IMG/VR virus record: IMGVR_UViG_2744054425_000001
Span: 1-51,725 of that record
Direction: 5' to 3' (one strand)
DNA length: 51,725 bases
Source: a virus
The notes beneath the pieces are model-generated. The model worked only from the letters and a program-made list of their open reading frames with translations. It did no database searches and had not been told where the DNA came from. The position numbers and the translations under genes are program-made. This document shows, piece by piece, positions 7,958 to 16,351 of this stretch (position 1 is the first letter of the stretch; each line of letters begins with the position of its first letter).

Positions 7958-8511
7958 CAAACGAAATTATTTACGGCGAATTGACCGGCATCAATTTAAA
8001 ATATTCCTATGTAGAGCAAAACGGGGATATTACCCGCACCGTAAACGTGCCAAAACAGGACACCCCGGTGCACCCGGATTTAAAAAAGGCATTTAAGGAT
8101 ATAATACCCCATTTTATGTTGTTGTGTGAGCAAGTGAGCGAAAACAAGGCTATAAAAGAAGCAATTAAGGACGGTATGCCGGAAGGGGAATTGGACGGCG
8201 CAAGCGTTTTTTTTCCGTTCGAGGTGGACAGTTTTAAAATATCCGGATCCGGGGACAATGAAGGCATTGTTTTTAAAGGCACCAGGATTTTGAGCCATGG
8301 CGGGGTTTTAAAATTGGAAACGCCCAAACTACAATTTGAGGACCACGAATACAAGTACACGGACGAATTGTTGGACGCCGTTAACGCCCTAAAGGAAGAA
8401 ACATACGAGTACAGCCAGGGAAAACGCGCCCCATTGCCGGACAACCCGCAAACCGGATTGGATTTTGACAATATGGACATTACCGTGGCGGACGCGGACG
8501 TGGATATGTAA
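7954..8511 (+). CDS. Acidic hypothetical protein (185 aa) with an SSB-like acidic C-terminal tail
   Basis: Refined ATG within track ORF 7870..8511. The C-terminus is GLDFDNMDITVADADVDM. Confidence 0.55.
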   Translation: MTNEIIYGELTGINLKYSYVEQNGDITRTVNVPKQDTPVHPDLKKAFKDIIPHFMLLCEQVSENKAIKEAIKDGMPEGELDGASVFFPFEVDSFKISGSGDNEGIVFKGTRILSHGGVLKLETPKLQFEDHEYKYTDELLDAVNALKEETYEYSQGKRAPLPDNPQTGLDFDNMDITVADADVDM

Positions 8512-8512
8512 T

Positions 8513-8698
8513 ATGGCTTATAAAAGAAAAACCAAAAAGGTTTACAAAAAGTATGCCGTCTATACAGAAGCCGACCGGGACAATGTAAAATTATGGGCCG
8601 ATTTATTGGCGGATAATAGTATAAAAAATGTGTGCAAAGTTTCGGGATACTCTAAAAACTTTGTTTACAAAACACTAAGATATTACACACCAATATGA
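8513..8698 (+). CDS. Small basic protein (61 aa), possible HTH
   Basis: Sequence begins MAYKRKTKKVYKKY and contains IKNVCKVSGYSKNFVYKTLR. The start is refined within track ORF 8465..8698. Confidence 0.45.
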   Translation: MAYKRKTKKVYKKYAVYTEADRDNVKLWADLLADNSIKNVCKVSGYSKNFVYKTLRYYTPI

Positions 8699-9477
8699 AT
8701 AAAATAATAACGGGTTCCGATTTTTCGGGGGTGGGAGCGTTCGACCAGGCGTTGGACCGTTTAGGGATCCAACAAAATAAAATTTTTGCGTGCGAAATGG
8801 ACCGGTACGCCCGCCAAAGTTACATTGCCAATTATGGGGATCCGGCATATTTCCCAAAAAATGTAAGGGACCGGAAAGTGCCCAAAAAGCCATTGGATAT
8901 TTACGTTTCAACACCACCGTGCCAAGTATTGAGGGATACGGGAAAACGTGGTGCGTTGTTCTACAATAGCCACAATTTTATTATGGCCAACAAACCGCGG
9001 GCGTTTATTTTAGAGAACGACAAACGGTTGTTGGTCCATGACAAACAGGACAAAACCAATGAATTTGGGCAAACGTTCAACCGTTGGGTGGCGTATTTGG
9101 GCGGCAAAAGTGTAAACGGCAACCCGGTGGTGTTCCCGCATCCGGAAAGCGTCCCATATCACATGTATTACACCATTTTAAATGTAAAGGATTACGGCAC
9201 GCCGTATGATTTGGAACGGGTTTTTATTGTTGGTATTAGGGACGACGCGGACAACCAATTTATGTGGCCAAAACCGGAACCATTACAACAACAATTATTG
9301 AGCGATAAGGAAATTAAATTAACCCCGCGGGATCAATTCCGGGCAATGGGTTTTCCGGACAGCTTTAAAATTGAAGTAAGCGACACCCAAGCATATAAAC
9401 AGGCGGGTAATTCCATTTGCGTGGGGGTGTTGGCCGCCATAATTGGAAAATTACCATTTGTAAATGTTGGATCATAA
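8695..9477 (+). CDS. Compact DNA (cytosine-5) methyltransferase-like protein
   Basis: Motif I DFSGVGAF, motif IV TPPCQ, motif VI-like ILEND (canonical is ENV), motif VIII-like NVKDYGTPYDLERVFIVG, and motif X QAGNSICVGV. At only 260 aa it has a very short target-recognition region. Confidence 0.7.
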   Translation: MNKIITGSDFSGVGAFDQALDRLGIQQNKIFACEMDRYARQSYIANYGDPAYFPKNVRDRKVPKKPLDIYVSTPPCQVLRDTGKRGALFYNSHNFIMANKPRAFILENDKRLLVHDKQDKTNEFGQTFNRWVAYLGGKSVNGNPVVFPHPESVPYHMYYTILNVKDYGTPYDLERVFIVGIRDDADNQFMWPKPEPLQQQLLSDKEIKLTPRDQFRAMGFPDSFKIEVSDTQAYKQAGNSICVGVLAAIIGKLPFVNVGS

Positions 9478-9625
9478 CACGGAAGTGGAATTGGTGGCCA
9501 TTAAGGGCAACCGGTGTATTAAAAAATTAATGCCGTTGGCCCAGGCAATGAAAACCCCACGCGTTAAAGGGTGGGAATATTGGATATATCAAAAAGGATT
9601 TTGCACAATAAAGGAAACCAAATAA
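9464..9625 (+). CDS. Hypothetical protein (53 aa, below the track cutoff)
   Basis: Hand-translated ORF MLDHNTEVELVAIKGNRCIKK... overlaps the MTase 3' end. TAATG junction with the next ORF. Confidence 0.3.
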   Translation: MLDHNTEVELVAIKGNRCIKKLMPLAQAMKTPRVKGWEYWIYQKGFCTIKETK

Positions 9626-9774
9626 TGGAGGAAATTAAACAAAAAGGCCGTACAAAAAAGGCCAAAAAGCGTGAACCGCTGCCACATGAATGGTGGGACC
9701 ACGCACCAAAAAAACACCCCGTCACAGGATTCATTTGTCCTAAATGGGATAAAGCCGTAAAACAATGCAAATAA
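9625..9774 (+). CDS. Hypothetical basic protein (49 aa)
   Basis: Refined ATG within track ORF 9571..9774. It overlaps the SNF2 gene start. Confidence 0.35.
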   Translation: MEEIKQKGRTKKAKKREPLPHEWWDHAPKKHPVTGFICPKWDKAVKQCK

Positions 9775-11441
9775 TACAGAAGCAAAACAATTACCAAATC
9801 CACGTCCCGTACGATCATTGGAGGGATTACAATTTAAAAGGCATTAGGGCATTGAGCCAACGCCGGTGGGACAACAATCTAAAAGCGTGGGTGGCCCCGT
9901 TGAGCATTTCCGCGGAAATTATGGCATTGGCCAAGAAACACAAGGCGGAATTTATGGTAATGGAAAAAAGCACCCCAACACGCATTGGGGAAGTGGATCC
10001 CATGCCGGATTTGGATTTTGAAGTGGATATAAAGCACAAAACGTTGGGGTTTGTCCCCAGGCCGTACCAATTACAGGGAATAGCCCGTGGCCTTCAATTA
10101 AAGAGGTTTACCAATGGGGACGAACAAGGTTTGGGCAAAACCTTACAAAGTTTGGGAACGTTGTATGTAGCGGAAAAATACAAAGGGGAAACCACATTTC
10201 CGGCGTTGATCATTTGCCCGGCATCCACAAAAATTAATTGGAAACGGGAATGGGAAATGTGGACAGATAAAAAGGCCATTGTATTGCGGGACCAGGATAA
10301 AAAAATGTGGTCCAGGTATTACGAAATGGGATTGGCGGACGTGTTCATTGTTAATTACGAAAGTCTTAAAAAGTTCTTTGTTTCGTACATGCCGCCAAAA
10401 TCCAAATTAAAATCTAGTTTGGATATACAATTGGACCCGCGCACGGCCATTTTTAAGTCCGTTATAATAGACGAATCGCACCGGTGCAAGGATAAGAACA
10501 CCCAACAAACCAAAATTGCGTTGCGGTTGGCCATGGGCAAGTATTGGCGCATATTGTTAACAGGTACCCCCATAGTAAACAAACCCATGGATTTATACCC
10601 ACAATTGGCCATTATGGGGCAATTAAAACGGTTTGGTGGGGACAAAGGGTACCGCCAACGGTATTGCGACGGCGGGTACGGTGCCAGCAATTTAAAGGAA
10701 CTACATTATTTATTGAACAAGTATTGTTTTTTTAGGCGCGAAAAAAAAGAGGTCGCAAAGGATCTTCCGGAAAAGCAAAGACAGACCATTTTATGCAATA
10801 TAAGCACGCGCAAAGAGTACAACCACGCCCGCGACAACTTTGTTAAATTTTTAGAGGATGCCGGTTGGAACAACGCCGAAATTGCCAAAAAACTGAATGG
10901 CGAAGTAATGGTGAAAATGATGGAATTAAAACGCATTGCGGCCATGGGCAAATTAAACGAAGCCGTGGAGTTTACCCAGGACATTTTGGAAAGTGGGGAA
11001 AAACTAATATTGTTTTGTTCCCTTCATTCCATAGTGGACGCATTAAAGGAAAAATTCCCAAATGCCGTAACCGTTACCGGACGGGACGACCAGGACGAAA
11101 AACAAAAAAGTATTGACAGTTTCCAAAACGACCCCAAAACCCAATTGATCATTTGCAACATTAAGGCCGCGGGGGTGGGCATAACGTTAACCGCGTCGTC
11201 CCGGGTGGCTTTTTTAGAATTTCCTTGGTCTTATGCCGATTGCGTGCAATGTGAGGACAGGGCGCACCGTATAGGCCAAAAAAACAATGTTATGTGCACA
11301 TACTTTTTAGGCCAAAACACCGTGGACGAACAAATGTACGAAATGATCCAGGCCAAAGCATCCGTGGCCAACACCATTACCGGCGCCACGGACGAAATGC
11401 AGACCAATTTTGTGGAAAGTGTACGCAAAATGTTTTTGTAA
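9765..11441 (+). CDS. SNF2-family DEAD/H helicase
   Basis: Contains GDEQGLGKT (motif I), IIDESHRCKD (motif II), LLTGTP (motif III) and QCEDRAHRIGQ (motif VI). Confidence 0.9.
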   Translation: MQIIQKQNNYQIHVPYDHWRDYNLKGIRALSQRRWDNNLKAWVAPLSISAEIMALAKKHKAEFMVMEKSTPTRIGEVDPMPDLDFEVDIKHKTLGFVPRPYQLQGIARGLQLKRFTNGDEQGLGKTLQSLGTLYVAEKYKGETTFPALIICPASTKINWKREWEMWTDKKAIVLRDQDKKMWSRYYEMGLADVFIVNYESLKKFFVSYMPPKSKLKSSLDIQLDPRTAIFKSVIIDESHRCKDKNTQQTKIALRLAMGKYWRILLTGTPIVNKPMDLYPQLAIMGQLKRFGGDKGYRQRYCDGGYGASNLKELHYLLNKYCFFRREKKEVAKDLPEKQRQTILCNISTRKEYNHARDNFVKFLEDAGWNNAEIAKKLNGEVMVKMMELKRIAAMGKLNEAVEFTQDILESGEKLILFCSLHSIVDALKEKFPNAVTVTGRDDQDEKQKSIDSFQNDPKTQLIICNIKAAGVGITLTASSRVAFLEFPWSYADCVQCEDRAHRIGQKNNVMCTYFLGQNTVDEQMYEMIQAKASVANTITGATDEMQTNFVESVRKMFL

Positions 11442-11746
11442 TGGCAAATAGTTACAGAATGAGCAACGGCGAAAGGGTTTTAAAATCCGTTGTGGACCGT
11501 AGGGTTAGACAGGCAAAGGAACAAAAGGTGCAAAACATGTTGGACGAACACGGATATATTTTTTGTGAAGAACCGGGATGCGGTAAGAACACCAACGCCG
11601 GGGAACCAATAGATTGCAGCCACGATATAAGCGTAAACGATTTGCAAAAAATGGGCAAAACGGAATTGGCGTACGATGTGGAAATGATAACCATGCGTTG
11701 CCGAACGTGCCACCGAATCCACGACAAAACATTGATTGGAAGTTAA
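11441..11746 (+). CDS. HNH endonuclease
   Basis: Cys/His pattern FCEEPGCG...DCSHDIS...RCRTCHRIHD. TAATG junction with the SNF2 stop. Confidence 0.7.
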   Translation: MANSYRMSNGERVLKSVVDRRVRQAKEQKVQNMLDEHGYIFCEEPGCGKNTNAGEPIDCSHDISVNDLQKMGKTELAYDVEMITMRCRTCHRIHDKTLIGS

Positions 11747-11781
11747 AAAAAATAGTGTTGAATTTTTAAATATAGTTAGTT

Positions 11782-12306
11782 ATGAATTTAGGATTTATGC
11801 AAAAATGGCCAAAGAAAATGGGCCAGGAGTTAGAAGGGAAACCCACCTATTTTGTGGACAAAATATGGTGTCGGTTGCTGCCCATGTTCGGGGCGGACGA
11901 ATTGGCTAAATCTAGGAGGGAATACAGCCAAATTTTTGGTAAAGATTGGGACGGCGAAAAGTTAATAATTTATTCAAAACCCCACACCATAAGAGCCAAT
12001 AAAAGTGGCCGTATAAAAGCCGGTGTGGAGTTGCAACCGTTCGTTTGGAGTGGTAAACCATACCATAGTAAACCGTTCTATTTTTCCCCAAAAATACATT
12101 GTGTAAGTACCCAGGTAATACAGATCAAAAAAAGCGGTGAAAAATGGCGCATGCCATGGGTAACGGTGGACGGGGTTTTGTTGACCGCCCCGGAAATACA
12201 AACATTGGCCATAAATGACGGGTTTAAGAGTACGGACGATTTTTTTAAATGGTTTGATCAGGATTTTACCGGAACCATTATCCATTGGACAGACTTAAAA
12301 TATTAG
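11782..12306 (+). CDS. ASCH/PUA-like domain protein (tentative)
   Basis: The pattern KPHTIRANKSGRIKAGVEL...INDGFKSTDDFFKWF...GTIIHWTDL resembles ASCH-domain proteins. Confidence 0.4.
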   Translation: MNLGFMQKWPKKMGQELEGKPTYFVDKIWCRLLPMFGADELAKSRREYSQIFGKDWDGEKLIIYSKPHTIRANKSGRIKAGVELQPFVWSGKPYHSKPFYFSPKIHCVSTQVIQIKKSGEKWRMPWVTVDGVLLTAPEIQTLAINDGFKSTDDFFKWFDQDFTGTIIHWTDLKY

Positions 12307-12309
12307 GGC

Positions 12310-13044
12310 ATGGCAAGACCAAAGAAAAATAACGCGGATTATTTCCCGCACGACGCCGACATGCGGAACGATCCCAAAGTGCGCGCAATACGCCGCAAAT
12401 TTGGTTTAAAAGGTTATGCGGTGTGGTCCATGTTGTTGGAAACGTTGACAGATAAGGACTATTTTAAATTGAAGTGGTCCCCGTTGGATGTGGAGTTGAT
12501 CGCGGCCGACATGGAAGTGTCCCCGGACGAATTAAAAGACATGGTGGAATACATGGTAAATGTGTTGGAATTGTTGAAAATGGACAATGGTTTTATTTTT
12601 TCACCAAAATTAATATCGAGGTTTGAAACCCTGTTAAATAAGCGTAAACGCGACAGAAACAAAGCAAATAAGGAGTTATCGACGGCGAAAACCCCCAACA
12701 AAGAACAAACCGGCGCGGAAAACCCCCAAAGTAAAGTAAAGGAAAGTAAAGTAAAAGAAAGTAAAGTAAAAACCTTAGAAGAAAGAAAGGCGGATTTTAA
12801 AAAATCCTTATCTCCTTTTTTAGCCAATTACAGCAAAGATCTTTTAAATGAATTTTACGCGTATTGGGTAGAAAAAAACCCGCGCGGTGTAAAATTTAGA
12901 TTTGAAAAGGAAAAAACTTTTGATTTGTCCAGGCGGTTGGCCACGTGGGAACAGAACAACAAAAAATGGGCGGCCCCAGGAAAACAGATTGTGCAACACG
13001 AAGCCAACGAACAGGTGGCGGAAAAATTAAAACAATTCGACTAA
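12310..13044 (+). CDS. DUF4373 (Lin1244/Lin1753-like) replication organiser/initiator
   Basis: N-terminus KKNNADYFPHDADMRNDPKVRAIRRKFGLKGYAVWSMLLE is the typical DUF4373 opening. The central linker contains the (SKVKE)x3 repeat. Confidence 0.7.
   Translation: MARPKKNNADYFPHDADMRNDPKVRAIRRKFGLKGYAVWSMLLETLTDKDYFKLKWSPLDVELIAADMEVSPDELKDMVEYMVNVLELLKMDNGFIFSPKLISRFETLLNKRKRDRNKANKELSTAKTPNKEQTGAENPQSKVKESKVKESKVKTLEERKADFKKSLSPFLANYSKDLLNEFYAYWVEKNPRGVKFRFEKEKTFDLSRRLATWEQNNKKWAAPGKQIVQHEANEQVAEKLKQFD
12728..12772. repeat. Three tandem 15-bp repeats (AAAGTAAAGTAAARR) inside the replication organiser gene
   Basis: aaagtaaagtaaagg / aaagtaaagtaaaag / aaagtaaagtaaaaa, read directly from the sequence. 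Confidence 0.9.
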
Positions 13045-13808
13045 TGAAAAATGCAAAAAAAGAACCCATTACGGCCGGGGAAGCGTTGCGGAAATTAAAA
13101 ACCATGATGGACGACCGTTCCGCAGTAAACACGCAATTGGTGTTTAATAACCCAGGAGCCGCAAAAGAACAAAAACCCGCATACGTGTTGTCCAAAAAGG
13201 ATTTGTGGCGGTTGTTCGATTATTACGCGGCCAAAGCCGTTAAAGAATCCAACAGCACGTTGGAAGCGTACGAAATTAACAACGTTGTGTTGACGGTCTT
13301 AAAATACATGATCCAGGATCCGGAATTTAATGTGTTGAACATGGTAAAGAACACGCCGAGTTTGCAAAAAGGGTTGTTGATCCACGGACCGTACGGTGTG
13401 GGCAAATCCATGTTGTTTTCCATATTGCAGAATGTTGGCCGGGAGTTGGCCACCAAAAGAAATTGCACGGATATTTGGTTTACCTACATAACCGCCAATG
13501 ACCTGGTGCAACGGTATATGGACGCCGCCAAAAATGAAAAGGGCGCGGACAATGTGTTTTCCATAGAAAATTACTACAAAGGGGTTTTGTTTATAGACGA
13601 TTTGGGCCACGAAGAAAAGGCATTTAATAAAACCGAATTGATAGGCCAATTATTGTTCGAGCGCCACAGGAGGGGGGCAAAAACACACGTAACAACCAAT
13701 TTTCCGCCGTCCGAAATATCCCAAAGGTACGGGGCGTTTATTGGGGACCGGTTGCCGCAAATGTTCAACTTTATCAAATGGAACGGAAACACAAAAAGAG
13801 GGGTTTAA
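13044..13808 (+). CDS. DnaC/IstB-like AAA+ helicase loader
   Basis: Walker A HGPYGVGKSMLF and Walker B VLFIDDLGHEE. TAATG junction with the upstream gene. Confidence 0.8.
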   Translation: MKNAKKEPITAGEALRKLKTMMDDRSAVNTQLVFNNPGAAKEQKPAYVLSKKDLWRLFDYYAAKAVKESNSTLEAYEINNVVLTVLKYMIQDPEFNVLNMVKNTPSLQKGLLIHGPYGVGKSMLFSILQNVGRELATKRNCTDIWFTYITANDLVQRYMDAAKNEKGADNVFSIENYYKGVLFIDDLGHEEKAFNKTELIGQLLFERHRRGAKTHVTTNFPPSEISQRYGAFIGDRLPQMFNFIKWNGNTKRGV

Positions 13809-13810
13809 TT

Positions 13811-14485
13811 ATGGAAAATTTAAAATTAACATGTGAATCCAATATAGATTTAATGGCAAGGTATCCGGACAATTATTTTGATTTGGCCATAGTGGACCCG
13901 CCATACGGTATTGGGGAAACCAAAAGAAAAAACGAAAGCCGGTCCAATTTGGCAAAATCTATTAAATACAACCCTTCCAATTGGGATAATAAACCACACG
14001 ACATTGTATTTTTTAATGAATTAAAAAGGGTTTCAAAACACCAAATTATTTTTGGGGCCAATCATTTTATTGAAAATATACCTAATGCCAATAGTAGTTG
14101 TTGGATTGTATGGGATAAAGACAACGGAAAAACGGATTTTGCAGATTGTGAATTGGCATACTGCAGTTTTAATAGTGCGGTGCGTAGGGTTAAAATTAGA
14201 TGGTCCGGAATGTTACAACACGATATGAAAAACAAAGAAATAAGGATACACCCCACCCAAAAACCGGTTAGATTGTACGAATGGATAATTTTAAAATACG
14301 CGGAGCCAGGGCAAAAAATTTTAGATACCAATTTGGGTTCCGGAAGTATTGCCGTTGCAATAGATAAGATTAACAAGGTTGAAAAATGGAATTTACATTT
14401 AACCGCGTGCGAATTGGATAAAAAGCATTTTAACGACGCAATAACCAGGATACAACAGGAAACAACACAAATTGCAATTTTTTAA
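13811..14485 (+). CDS. DNA methyltransferase, N6A/N4C beta-class (DPPY)
   Basis: LAIVDPPYGIG (motif IV) precedes HPTQKP and ILDTNLGSGS (motif I). This is the PF01555-type order. Confidence 0.85.
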   Translation: MENLKLTCESNIDLMARYPDNYFDLAIVDPPYGIGETKRKNESRSNLAKSIKYNPSNWDNKPHDIVFFNELKRVSKHQIIFGANHFIENIPNANSSCWIVWDKDNGKTDFADCELAYCSFNSAVRRVKIRWSGMLQHDMKNKEIRIHPTQKPVRLYEWIILKYAEPGQKILDTNLGSGSIAVAIDKINKVEKWNLHLTACELDKKHFNDAITRIQQETTQIAIF

Positions 14486-14502
14486 TAAATAGTATTTACA
14501 GA

Positions 14503-14997
14503 ATGGAAAAAAGAAAAGGCATAGGATCCCACCAATCTGCAAAAATGAAAAAGGACGAATGGTTGACGCCGCCCGAAATAATAAAAGCGTTGGGGGATTT
14601 TGATTTGGACCCATGCGCACCAATTACACGCCCATGGGAAATGGCGGTTAAACATTACACAATAAACGACAATGGATTGTCCAAAGAGTGGACCGGCCGT
14701 GTATGGTGCAATCCGCCGTACGGTTTAGAAGCTAATAAATGGTTAAAAAAATTAAATGAGCACGGAAACGGTATTGCGTTAATTTTTGCGAGAACAGAAA
14801 CTAAAATGTTTTTTGATTGGGTTTGGCACAAGGCCACCGCGGTAAAATTCATTGAAGGGCGTTTACATTTCCACCACGTGGACGGCACCAGGGCAAAAGC
14901 CAAAGCGGGCGCGCCGTCGGTATTAATTGCATACGGAAAGGAAAACGCCGAAATATTGGAAAAATGCGGAATTAAAGGTAAATTTTTAAGGTTATGA
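14503..14997 (+). CDS. Phage Dam-type DNA N6-adenine methyltransferase (NPPY)
   Basis: Contains EWLTPPEIIKALGDFDLDPCA and VWCNPPYG. Size is ~160 aa, typical of the PF05869 family. Confidence 0.8.
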   Translation: MEKRKGIGSHQSAKMKKDEWLTPPEIIKALGDFDLDPCAPITRPWEMAVKHYTINDNGLSKEWTGRVWCNPPYGLEANKWLKKLNEHGNGIALIFARTETKMFFDWVWHKATAVKFIEGRLHFHHVDGTRAKAKAGAPSVLIAYGKENAEILEKCGIKGKFLRL

Positions 14998-15017
14998 TCT
15001 AAAATAAAAACCGCATC

Positions 15018-15120
15018 AAATGTTAAAATTTCGTGTTATATGAAAAAAATGTGGGTTTGGGTATTGTTTTATCGAAATATACAACGTATATTTACGGTGT
15101 TGAATTAATAAAGCGTTACA
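15018..15120 (+). promoter_or_regulatory. R1: copy 1 of a ~100-bp conserved promoter/5'-UTR cassette
   Basis: Near-identical to 15904..16006 and 38650..38745. It has TTG (15064..15066), a 20-nt spacer and TATATTTA (15087..15094), matching the Bacteroidota -33/-7 consensus TTG/TAnnTTTG. A 7-bp inverted repeat AAATATA-N5-TATATTT overlaps the -7 box. Confidence 0.7.
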
Positions 15121-15122
15121 AA

Positions 15123-15314
15123 ATGACATCATCAGAAATTAACACCGAGATTAAAAAGACCAAAGCCATAATGGATGCACTTTTGGTTTGTGTAAAAGAC
15201 AAATCAATTTCCGTTCAAGATAGAAACCAATATTATGGCGAATATTTACAGGCATCAACTTATTATTTAAAGTTGAACCAGGTAAAGCCACAACACAATT
15301 TAACAATTGCATAA
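15123..15314 (+). CDS. Hypothetical small protein (63 aa) driven by R1
   Basis: First ATG after the repeat. The upstream part of track ORF 15033..15314 lies in the non-coding repeat. Confidence 0.55.
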   Translation: MTSSEINTEIKKTKAIMDALLVCVKDKSISVQDRNQYYGEYLQASTYYLKLNQVKPQHNLTIA

Positions 15315-15360
15315 ACCAACAACCGGGGGCGGGATCACCGCCACATAAAATATTTGAAAC

Positions 15361-15618
15361 ATGGAAAATTTAAGCACACCAAAAAAAGAAATGATTTACC
15401 AGGAAATGGGACAGACCACCAACGCACAAATTGAGGTCCGCACATCTTACAACGGCGGGTTGTATTTAACCACCGCGTTGGATCTTAAAGGCCGCGGAAT
15501 TAAGCAAAGCGGGGACGGATCAACCCACAAAAGAGGGTTAAAGACCTACCACGCCACCCAAAAGGCCATGGAAAAATTGGAATTGCAGTACACCACATGT
15601 TTTATGGCATCATTGTAA
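15361..15618 (+). CDS. Hypothetical protein (85 aa)
   Basis: Track ORF bounded by conserved hairpin elements on both sides. Confidence 0.55.
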   Translation: MENLSTPKKEMIYQEMGQTTNAQIEVRTSYNGGLYLTTALDLKGRGIKQSGDGSTHKRGLKTYHATQKAMEKLELQYTTCFMASL

Positions 15619-15663
15619 AAACATAATCCGGGGGCGGGCAACCGTCCCCATTAAATATAAATT

Positions 15664-15894
15664 ATGCAAAGGGAAAATGTAATAATAATCCATAAGGGCG
15701 ACACGTACGAAACGTGGGGATCGTTGACGGAAATTTGCGGAGTTGTCAAAGTAGGCAATAAAATGGTTAGTACCGGACAGGGCCACCAGGAGTTTAAATA
15801 CTCTACATTGCGCGAAAAAAAATACCCGTTTACGTACAAAGGATGGAAATTTATAAAAGTTCCCCACCGTACATTGGCCAAGGATCAACAGTAA
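15664..15894 (+). CDS. Hypothetical protein (76 aa)
   Basis: Track ORF lying between hairpin H2 and repeat R2. Confidence 0.55.
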   Translation: MQRENVIIIHKGDTYETWGSLTEICGVVKVGNKMVSTGQGHQEFKYSTLREKKYPFTYKGWKFIKVPHRTLAKDQQ

Positions 15895-15903
15895 AACGGC
15901 CAA

Positions 15904-16006
15904 AAATGTTAAAATTTCGTGGTAGGCGAAAAAAATGTGGCAATGTGTTTGTTTTATCGAAACATACAACGTATATTTACGGTGTTGAATTAATAAAGCG
16001 TTACAC
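15904..16006 (+). promoter_or_regulatory. R2: copy 2 of the conserved promoter cassette
   Basis: Aligns with R1 along its whole length, with a few substitutions. It ends directly at the ATG at 16007. Confidence 0.7.
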
Positions 16007-16351
16007 ATGAAAACTACATTAAAAGAGTACAACGAAAAATCCCAGGAAAAAAGCGAATTAAGAAGATCAGCGGACAACGCCCGTTATTCCCAGGATTACA
16101 CCACCTACCACGAATTAACCGAAAAGGTAAAGGAATTGGACCAGGCGTATTTTGACAAATTGGACACCGTTTCCGTTTCCTATTGGATAGGCGGACGATC
16201 TTATTACCAAGACGTTGTTAAGATCGGTAAAGCGTATTTTTGCCACGGCCGCAAAATGACCAAGGGCAACGGGTACAGGTTTATTGAAGAAATACCCGAA
16301 ATTACCGATAAAATGGCCGCGGATATGATGGCAGATTCTTACTACTATTAA
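16007..16351 (+). CDS. Hypothetical protein (114 aa) driven by R2
   Basis: Track ORF whose ATG directly follows the repeat. Confidence 0.6.
   Translation: MKTTLKEYNEKSQEKSELRRSADNARYSQDYTTYHELTEKVKELDQAYFDKLDTVSVSYWIGGRSYYQDVVKIGKAYFCHGRKMTKGNGYRFIEEIPEITDKMAADMMADSYYY

Noticed and set aside
12728-12772. Possibility that the 15-bp tandem repeats are a CRISPR-like or minisatellite array
   Set aside because: The repeats are contiguous with no spacers. There are only three units and they lie in frame within a protein linker. They are better explained as iterons or a low-complexity linker. No CRISPR array is present anywhere in the window.
12945-13043. N-terminal extensions proposed by the ORF track, for example 12945 for the DnaC-like gene, 18835 for TerL, 7870, 11294 and 15033
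   Set aside because: The extensions overlap the upstream gene in another frame or lie in a non-coding repeat. They produce Arg/Gly-rich nonsense. Downstream ATGs that give ATGA or TAATG coupling were preferred.
15040-15056. GAAAAAAATGTG blocks in R1, R2 and R3 as additional binding sites for the CI-like repressor, given their similarity to the AAAAATGTG operator half at 1171..1179
   Set aside because: Only a half-site is shared, and it lies in an A-rich context where such matches are expected by chance. The full CACA...TGTG palindrome is absent. This is a weak possibility only and was not reported as a feature.
15610-16077. 155-aa minus-strand ORF covering hairpin H2, the 76-aa gene and repeat R2
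   Set aside because: It would have to read through the R2 cassette. That cassette is clearly non-coding, because the same sequence precedes different genes at two other loci and is not kept in frame.
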